From the human T2T-CHM13v2.0 reference genome, Homo sapiens, in NCBI RefSeq assembly GCF_009914755.1, contig NC_060928.1: a stretch of 64,000 bases of DNA; one strand, given 5' to 3'. The translations under genes were made by a program, and so were the position numbers. Shown piece by piece: positions 54,192 through 64,000 of this stretch (positions within the stretch are counted from its first letter, which is position 1; each line of letters begins with the position of its first letter). The notes below the pieces were generated by a model. That model was not told where the DNA came from. It saw nothing but the letters and a program-made list of their open reading frames with translations, and did no database searches.

Positions 54192-55427
54192 ACAACATGT
54201 AAAGAAATTAAGAGGTAATGACAGTAAAAGGGTAATGATGTAGTCTACATTTGGCAATGTGATTTTTTTTTCCTTTTAAAATAGAGTTTTGAAAGAGTGT
54301 ATTGTTTTAGAAAGGAACTAAGATCACCTGGAATTTGAAGAGCTGCTATGAATACATTATCTAGAAATAATTCATTTGCCAAGTTGATGTGATTTCTCTT
54401 TTTCCCCTGAGCTGATTTCATCCCAATTCTTTACTTTCCCTTTTTTGGTAACAGTAGATCTTCTTGTTTAGGCACTAAGACACTCATTTTGTTATTTTGA
54501 ACTATCAGAGACTTGGCTTATCGGCATAATAATTCAAAAATTTTAATTAAAATTTGTTGACGGGGTAATGGGGAACATTGCCCAAATATATGATAAGGAC
54601 AAAAATCCTTTCTCTTCTTTTCTTTGTTTTGAGACAGGGTCTCACTCTGTCACCCAGGCTGTAGTGCAGTGGTGCAAGGATCTCACTCTGTCGCCTAGGC
54701 TGGAGTGCAGTGGTATGACATGGCTCACTGCAGCCTCAACCTCCTGGGCTCCAGTGATCCTTCCACCTCATCAGCCTCCCGAGTAGCTGGGACTACAGGC
54801 GAGCACTACCATATTCAGCTAATTTGTTTTTGTATTTTTTGTAGAGACAGTTTTCACCATGTTGTTCAGGCTAGTCTCAAACTCCTGGACTCAGGTGATC
54901 TGCCTGCCTTGGTCTCTCAAAGTGCTGGGATTATAGGCATGAGCCACCATGCCGGGCTGGGACAGAAATATTTTTAATGGGTAAATCATGTTTTTTGTTT
55001 TTGTTTTTGTTTTTTTGTTTGTTTTTAATTATGTAAATACTTGGCACCTCTAATTCCTGGATTCTAAGCAAGTAAAAGTATATTGAGACACTGAGCACAA
55101 TGGCTCACGCCTATAATCCCAGCACTTTAGGAGGCTGAGGTGGAGGTATCACTTGAGGCCAGGAGTTCGAGAGCAGCCTGACCAACATAGTGAAACCCCC
55201 TTCTCTACTAAAAACACAAAAATTAGTAGGGCGCTGTGGCATGAGCCTGTAATCCCAGCGACTCAGGAGGCTGAGGCAAGAGAATAGCTTGAACCCGGGA
55301 GGCGGAGGTTGCAGTGAGCGGAGATCATGCCGCTGCACTCAGCCTGGGCGACAGAGTGGGTGAGACGCCGTCTCAAGAAAAAAAAAAAAAAAGTATATTG
55401 AGAATGCTTAAATTTAAGCATTTCTAG
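54192..55427 (+). pseudogene. TNF-like relic, unit 7 (last), several segments split by Alus, terminal TAG at 55425-55427
   Basis: DSKRVM/CSLHL; KGTKITW; cttgtttag| GTKTLILLF*TIRDL..NNS / GNIAQIYDKDK [Alu] YVNTWHL*FLD / SKSIL [Alu] RMLKFKHF*. Confidence 0.6.
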
Positions 55428-56206
55428 TTAGTGACAATTAGCATATTTATAGTAATCATCACTCCATTTACAAAGATCTGAGTTTTACCAACCATTTGCT
55501 TGACCTTGCAAACCTGTCAGTCTTAGTCAGCATCCAAGGCAGATTCAGAAGCAAGGGAAAATCTAATTTGGCCACCCTAAGATTCTTAAAAAGTAGTAGA
55601 TTCTATATTTCTACAATCAATATCTAAACGATGTTTTGGTTTTCTTTTTTTTCTTTCTTTTTTTTTTTTTTAGATAGAGTCTCATTCTGAGGTGCAGGCT
55701 TGAGTATAGTGGCGCCATCTTGGCTCACTGCAACCCCACCTCCCAGGCTCAAGCGATTCTCCTCCCTCAGTCTCCCAAGTAGCTGGGATTATAGGCATGT
55801 GCCACCATGCCTGGCTAATTTTTTTAGTACAGATGGGGTTTCACCTATGTTGGCCAGGCTGGTCTCAAACTCATCACCTCAAAGGATCACGCCCTCCTCG
55901 GCCTCCCAAAGTACTAGGATTACAAGAGTGAACCACCACGCCCAGCCTATGTTTTGGTTGTCTTAATGCCCTTTTGACCACTATATCCACATCTTTTTTA
56001 CTGCAACACTTTTAGAGCTGTTTGTTAGAGGTGTTTAGAGCTTCTCCGAGGACTTAAAATGAGATAAACTACTTCTGATTCCTTTTAATATCATGACTTC
56101 CTTCTTTTACTCCCCAAGATTACAACCAATGTCACCTTTCATATTTACTAAACATTTATGATGTGCCAAAAACTACATAAAAGACAAAATTTCTTCTCTT
56201 GAAATA

Positions 56207-56267
56207 TTAGGTTGGTGCATAAGTAATTGTGGTTTTTGCCATTAAAAGAACCAATGCACCAACCTAA
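56207..56267. mobile_element. MADE1 mariner MITE, internally deleted
   Basis: TIRs ttaggttggtgca / tgcaccaacctaa with TA on both sides. Confidence 0.9.
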
Positions 56268-56844
56268 TAGTAACTTAAAGTATCAACTTACTTTGATCTT
56301 ATTGTGGCTATTTGGGAGCTGTTTTTCTCTATCACATGTGCACACATATATGTATTAGCAGTAACTACAGGAGCTGCTATCTGTCAGAGAATGGGACATT
56401 TTGTTCACGTATTAGACAAGGTGATTGTGAAAGGAAAGGTAAGCAAGGGCTGTTCCTCCCAGTGTTTGCAGTGTGACTTGAAACTGGTCAAACATTGGCA
56501 AAAATGGAAAAAGGAGGTGTGGTAGGACCGTGGAAGAAGGAGGAAAAGGACAAACAACTGATGCCCAAGAGTGAGAAAGAAAAAAGTGAGATTAAAAAAA
56601 AAAAAAGAAAAAAAGAAAAAAGTGAGATAATAATACAGTTTTTTTAAGTAAAAAAAAAAAAAATTAGCTAAATGTGGTGGCATGTGCTTGCAATCCCAGC
56701 TACTCAGAAGGCTGAGGCAAGAGGATCCCTTGAGTTATGCTTGCGCCACTGCACTTTAGCCTGGGTGACAGAGCAAGACCCCGTATCTTAATTTAAAAAA
56801 GAAAAGAAAAGAAAAGAAAAATGAAAGAAAAACACAGCTCTTAA

Positions 56845-57410
56845 TAGCTGGGAGCTGACCTGGTACTAGCAACTGGGCCTTAGGGCTGATGGCACTTGCA
56901 GCTAAGCCACGGATTCCCCCTGCTGAACATAAACAATCTCCTAGAGCACCTATATTAGATGAGATCACTCTGTGTCCATGATGAAGTGAAACAAAAACAA
57001 GACCACTTTGTAACTGTGTTTGAGTGCAACAGAAAAAACCAAGGCTACTGTAAAACCATAAAAACGCCAATTCACCCAGTAAGAGTAACTGCCAGTTTTC
57101 TACCAATTGAATTTAGCCCCTCTTAATTTCTCCTGACTTCTAGATAAAAATTATCATGATACCCAATCATGGAATTGTTCGTTTCCTGACAGCACCCAAT
57201 CCATAGCTAATGCCCACTCTCTTGAATCCTTCCCCATAATACCTAACAAGCTGAATTCCTTGAGAAAGTTTTTTCTAACTCTTAATGCAATACTGTCAAA
57301 GTTCCCCCCATGGTGTGTGGGCTCCCTGGTTGCAATGAGCCAAGCCAATGAACTCAGATTTGTTTGACTGTAGTTGTGTTACTGGTGGTCTTTGGCTGCA
57401 GCTCATCAAT
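56845..57410 (+). mobile_element. ERVL LTR of the MER21/MER68/MER77 group
   Basis: gctgaacataaacaatc...cactctgtgtccatgatg..acaaaaacaagaccact. Confidence 0.6.
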
Positions 57411-57525
57411 GAAAGGCAGGCCCAGATTTCTATATATTTCTGTATATGTCAGAATTTCTATGTATTTTCTTTTCTAAATGCATCAGAATCACTGGAACCT
57501 GCTTTTAGAAATGATTTCTGGGCTC

Positions 57526-59395
57526 CAAAATCTCCTTAAGCTGATAAGCAACTTCAGCAAAGTCTCAGGATACAAAATCAATGTGCGAAAATCACAAGCA
57601 TTCCTACACACCAATAACAGACAAACAGCCAAATCATGAGTGAACTCCCATTCACAATTGCTACAAAGAGAATAAAATACCTAGGAATACAACTTACAAG
57701 AGATGTGAAGGACCTCTTCAAGGAGAACTACAAATCATTGCTCAAGGAAATAAAAGAGGACACAAACAAATGGAAGAACATTCCATGCTCATGGATAGGA
57801 AGAATCAATATTGTGAAAATGGCCATACTGCCCAAAGTAATTTATAGAGTCAATGCTATCCCCATCAAGCTACTACTGACTTTCTTCACAGAATTGGAAA
57901 AAACTACTTTAAATTTCATATGGAACCAAAAAAGAGCCCACATAGCCAAGACAATCCTAAGCCAAAAGAACAAAGCTGGAGGCATCATGCTACCTGACTA
58001 CAAACTATACTACAAGGCTACAGTAACCGAAACAGCATGATACTGGCACCAAAACAGAGATATAGGCCAGTGGAACAGAACAGAGGCCTCAGAAATAACA
58101 GCACACATCTACAACCATCTGATCTTTGATAAACCTGACAAAAACAAGAAATGGGGAAAGGATTCCCTATTTAATAAATGGTGCTGGGAAAACTGTCTAA
58201 CCATATGCAGAAAGCTGAAACTGGATCCCTTCCTCACACCTTACACAAAAATTAACTCAAGATGGATTAAAGACTTAAATGTAAGATCTAAAACCATAAA
58301 AACCCTAGAAGAAAACCTAGACAATACCATTCAGGACACAGGCATGGGCAAATACTTCATGAGTAGAACACCAAAAGCAATGGCAACAAAAGCCAAAATA
58401 GACAAATGGGATCTAATTAAACTAAAGAGCTTCTGCACAGCAAAAGAAACTATCATCAGAGTGAATAGGCAACCTACAGAATGGAAGAAAATTTTTGCAA
58501 TCTATCCATCTGACAAAGGACTAATATCCAGAATCTACAAACAACTTAAACAAATTTACAAGAAAAAAACAACCCCATCAAGAAGTGGGCAAAGGATGTG
58601 AACAGACACTTCTCAAAAGAAGACATTTATGCAGCCAACAAACATGAAAAAAATGCTCATCATCACTGTTCATTAGAGAAATGCAAATCAAAACTGCAAT
58701 GATATACCATCTCATGCAATCATTAAAAAGTCAGGAAACAACAGATGCTGGAGAGGAAGTGGAGAAATAGGAACGCTTTTACACTGTTGGCGGGAGTGTA
58801 AATTAGTTCAACCATTGTGGAAGACAGTGTGGTGACTCCTCAAGGATCAAGAACTAGAAATACCATTTGATCCAGCAATCCCATTACTGGGTATATACCC
58901 AAGGGATTATAAATCATTCTACTATAAAGACACATGCACATGTATGTTTATTGCAGCACTGTTCATAATAAATGCCCATCAGTGATAGACTGGATAAACA
59001 CAATGTGGCACACATACACCATGGAATACTATGCACCCATAAAAAAGGATGAGTTCATGTCCTTTGCCAGGACATGGATGAAACTGGAAACCATCATTCT
59101 CAGCAAAGTAACACAAGAAAAAGAGAAAACCAAACACCAAACATGTTCTCACTCATAAGTGGGAGTTGAACGATGAGAACACATGGACACACAGAGGGGA
59201 ATATCACACACTGGGGCCTGTAGAGGGGGTGGAGGGCTGGGGGAGGGATAGCATTAGGAGAAATACCTAATGTAAATGACAAGTGGATGGGTGCAGCAAA
59301 CCAACATGGCACATGTATACCTATGTAACAAACCTGCACGTTGTGCACATGTACCCCACAACTCAAAGTATAATAATAAAAAAAATAAAAAATAA
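57526..59395 (+). mobile_element. 5'-truncated L1PA (about L1PA7) inserted in a MER5-type hAT element
   Basis: ORF2 [21 protein letters not shown]...; poly(A); 19-bp TSD agaaatgatttctgggctc at 57507-57525 and 59396-59414. Confidence 0.95.
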
Positions 59396-59651
59396 AGAAA
59401 TGATTTCTGGGCTCAACCCTAGATCATCTGAACCTTTGCAGAGCCACAGAACCTGCATTTGAACAAGGTTCCCAGGTAATTCTTATATGCATGAATGAGT
59501 GTGAACACTGATACGTTTTCCAAGCAGGCTGAAGAAGTGTACATCCAAGCAAAGCCAGAATGATACTATGCCCCTTACCCATATGTGTACCCATCTTATT
59601 GGGGGATCACTTCCAAACCTTGCCAAATCTAAAAATACAATTTAGTAAATA

Positions 59652-60995
59652 CAGTTGATCCTCCTCATTATGCACAGATTCTATATTTGCGCATTCCCCT
59701 ACTTGCTAAAATTTACTTGTAATCCCTCTAAATCAACACTTATGGCACTTTCATGGTCATTTGCTGACATATGCAGAGCATGGAAAAATTTGTCGCCTAA
59801 CGCAAACATATCCAGCTGAGGTCACACAAGGCAACTCTGCCTCATTTCAGAGCTCATGCTGATGGCCAGAGGACGAGGCAGTGCAGGGTAGTGTGAAAGC
59901 TGCAGCTCTGTGGCCAAATGGAACCAGTTTGAAATCCAACTCGCATCTGTTAGCTTATTCGTGAAGCAGCCTCAGGCACCTCACAACACTTTTGAACTAC
60001 ATTCTCATTCTCTCTCTCTTTCTCCCCCATCCCCCATGATTTTCTTTTACTTTGTTCAAATATACATAACATAAAATTTACCATTGTAACTATCTTTAAG
60101 TGCACAGTTCAGCGGCATAAGTACATTCACAAAATCCTGCAACTATGACCACTATCCAATTTCAGAACTTTTTCATCATTCCAAACAGAAGCTCGGTATC
60201 ATTAAACAGAAACTCCCTATCCCCTCCTCCCTGTAGCCCCTGGTAACCTCTATTCTACTTTCTGTGAGTTTGCCTAGTCTAGAAAACTTATACAAATGGA
60301 ATTAGAAAATACTTGTCTATTGTCTGGCTTATTTCGCTTAGCACAATGTTTCAAGTTTCATCCATGTTGTAGCATGTATCAGAATTTTATTCCTTTTTCC
60401 AGATGAATAAGATTCCACTGTATGCATTACCACATTTTATGGATCCATCTGTTGATGAACATTTGAATTGTTTCCACCTATAGTGAATAGTGTCGACATG
60501 AGTATTGGTGTACACGTTCTCTGAATTTTTTTTTTCAATTCTTTTAGGTATATACCTAGGAGTGAAATTGCTGGGTCATATGGTAATTTTGTGTTTTAAG
60601 ATTTTTGAGGAGCTGCAGAACTGTTTTCCACAGCAGCCACGTCATTAAAACATTTCCACCAGAAATGCACGTGTTCCAATTTCTCCATGTACTTGCAAAC
60701 ACTTGCTATTTTCCATTTAAAAAATAATAACAGCTATCCTATTGAGTGCAAAGTGGTTGTTTTCTCTTTTGTAAAATAAAGAAAATAGGATCTATCAGAA
60801 TGCCTTGCTTTCAGGTTTTAAGATTATACATGATGTGAGATACACACACACACACACACACACACACACCTCCAATCCCCAGAAGCAATGGCTCAGTATA
60901 TATTTCCCCTAGGAGCAATGGCTCAATATTTGCTAATTCAATGTTCACTAGCTACTTTATAGAACATAACTACCATGAATAATGAAAACCAACTG
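59652..60995 (+). mobile_element. MER82-type Tigger element split by a minus-strand L1M fragment (~60040-60760)
   Basis: TIRs cagttgatcc..cattat / ataatgaaaaccaactg with TA TSDs. Confidence 0.75.
60842..60869. repeat. (CA)n microsatellite
   Basis: About 14 AC units. Confidence 0.95.
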
Positions 60996-61429
60996 TAACT
61001 AAAATAAATGAAGATGCCTAAGAAGCTACGAAAGACAGAATATGCCATTTGATGAACTCAGAGTTAAGTGAGATTTCTCCTGTTTGAAGGATTTTTGCTG
61101 CCTGAGCAACAATTTCCTATTAACTAAAATGAGAATATTTATACCAACATATGTTAATAATGTAGCACATGGTCTGGAACATAGTGCACACTGGAAATAT
61201 GAGTTCTTATTAACGCCCCGAGAATAGATCCACAGATACAGTCCCAGTTACCACTGCTCTTCAGAGTAAATAAGCAAAGTGAATTGGAAAAAACAATGTT
61301 GAACTGCGTTTTGATTATTTACATACTAACCAATACAAAACTGTACAATGTAAAATAGCAAATATCCAGGCTGTTGCTACCCAAGGTGGTTTTATTTGTA
61401 TTAGATGAAAACAAACAAACAACAAAAAT

Positions 61430-61722
61430 TATTTTTTTGAGACAGGGTCTCACTCTGTTGCCCAGACTGGAGTGCAGTTTAGTGATCTTGGCTCACTGCA
61501 ACCTCCGCCTCCTGGGCTTAAGTGATTCTTCCACCTCAGCCTCCTGAGTAGTTGGGACTGCAGGCATGTGTCACCACACCTGGCTAATTCTTTTGTATTT
61601 TTAGTGGAGATGGGGTTTCAGTATGCTGCCCAGGCTGGTCTTGAACTCATGGACTCAAGAGATCCACCCACCTTGGCCTCCCAAAGTGCTGGGACTACAG
61701 ATGTGAGTCACCATGTCCCGCC
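61430..61722 (-). mobile_element. Alu (J type)
   Basis: Dimeric Alu, diverged. Confidence 0.85.
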
Positions 61723-62014
61723 TAGAATTTTTTAAGAAATAAACTTTGTAGGTGATGTTGAAATGCCCCTGTCTTCCTCTCTCCAGTTCTATTTTTTCCC
61801 TCTGTTTCCAGACATAACTACTATAATGAATATAGTATATTTCCAGTTAATTACTATATATTTGTAATGCACATACAGAATTATAACATGACCATTAAGG
61901 ACACTGGCCCTGAAGCTGAGATATGAGTCTTTGCTCTACCACTTTCCAGCTGTGTTACCTTGGGAAAGTTGTTGAACCTCTCTGTGTCTCAGTTTTTGTA
62001 TCTATAAATGGAGA

Positions 62015-63342
<1,328 letters not shown>

Positions 63343-63700
63343 CAGGGAATAAAAGTAGTACCTCCCGCAGAGGGCTAGGGAATTAGACAAATAGACTATT
63401 TGGAAGGGCACATAGAATAGTGAGGGCACATAGACTATAAGCCCTATATACGCTCTACTTATTTATTATTATTACCTCAAAAATACAGTATCGCTTTCTT
63501 TTTTTTAGTTTACATTTTTAGTATTTCACTGTATATAATGTCCTGCAGCTTCCTTTTATAATTCAGCGTTATGTTTATGAGGTCTCAGATTGTGTGTTAC
63601 GTATTATTCTTTTGCAAATATTTTCTCCCAGTCTGTGACTTGTCTTCTCGTCCTCTTGACATTGTCTTTTGTAGATCAGAAATTTTTCACTTTACTGGTG

Positions 63701-63934
63701 TGATCCTAGAGACAAAGCACAGTCAAAGCAATGGCTACCAAGAGGCAGAAGTGGTCCAGTCAAAGCAGTAGTGGGTGGGTCAAGAGCAAATATCATGGCA
63801 ATAGTTTTTTTTTTGGATGTTCAAGCCACTTTGCTTGTTGACCTTCTGGAGGGCCAAAGAATGATAGCATCTGCTTATTATGAGGCGGTTTTGAGAAAGT
63901 TAGCCAAAGGTTTAGCGTAAAAATACCTGGGAAA
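63701..63934 (+). mobile_element. HSMAR2 mariner transposase fragment
   Basis: DP.DKAQSKQWLPRG.SGPVKA...[26 protein letters not shown]. Confidence 0.85.
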
Positions 63935-64000
63935 GGCTGGGCGCGGTGGCTCATGCCTGTAATCCTAGCACTTTGGGAGGCCGAGGCGGGTGGATCACGA
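63935..64000 (+). mobile_element. Alu 5' end, cut by the window edge
   Basis: ggctgggcgcggtggctcatgcctgtaatcc. Confidence 0.9.

Noticed and set aside
54638-54720. About 41-bp duplication within an Alu end
   Set aside because: Ordinary local Alu rearrangement

Overview
Primate (hominoid, probably human) genomic DNA, very rich in Alu, L1 and LTR elements. A CpG island at ~3.2-4.1 kb holds the first coding exon of TMEM192 on the minus strand (MAAGGRMED|gtgagt). The rest looks like intergenic DNA, and nearly all ORF-track entries are repeat-derived. It includes a solo LTR12C inside an ERVL dUTPase remnant, three long L1 fragments, MER82, MADE1 and HSMAR2. The main observation comes from the non-repeat islands between ~22.2 and 55.4 kb. 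They contain a chain of plus-strand exon-like segments, many joined in matching splice phase. Their decayed translations repeatedly show TNF-homology-domain (THD) motifs in the correct order. I infer a dead multi-exon gene (unitary pseudogene) that encoded about seven tandem TNF-like domains, possibly behind a signal peptide. This rests on manual translation and TNF-family sequences recalled from memory. No HMM or database search was run, so it needs confirmation. Repeat subfamily names and many repeat boundaries are approximate.
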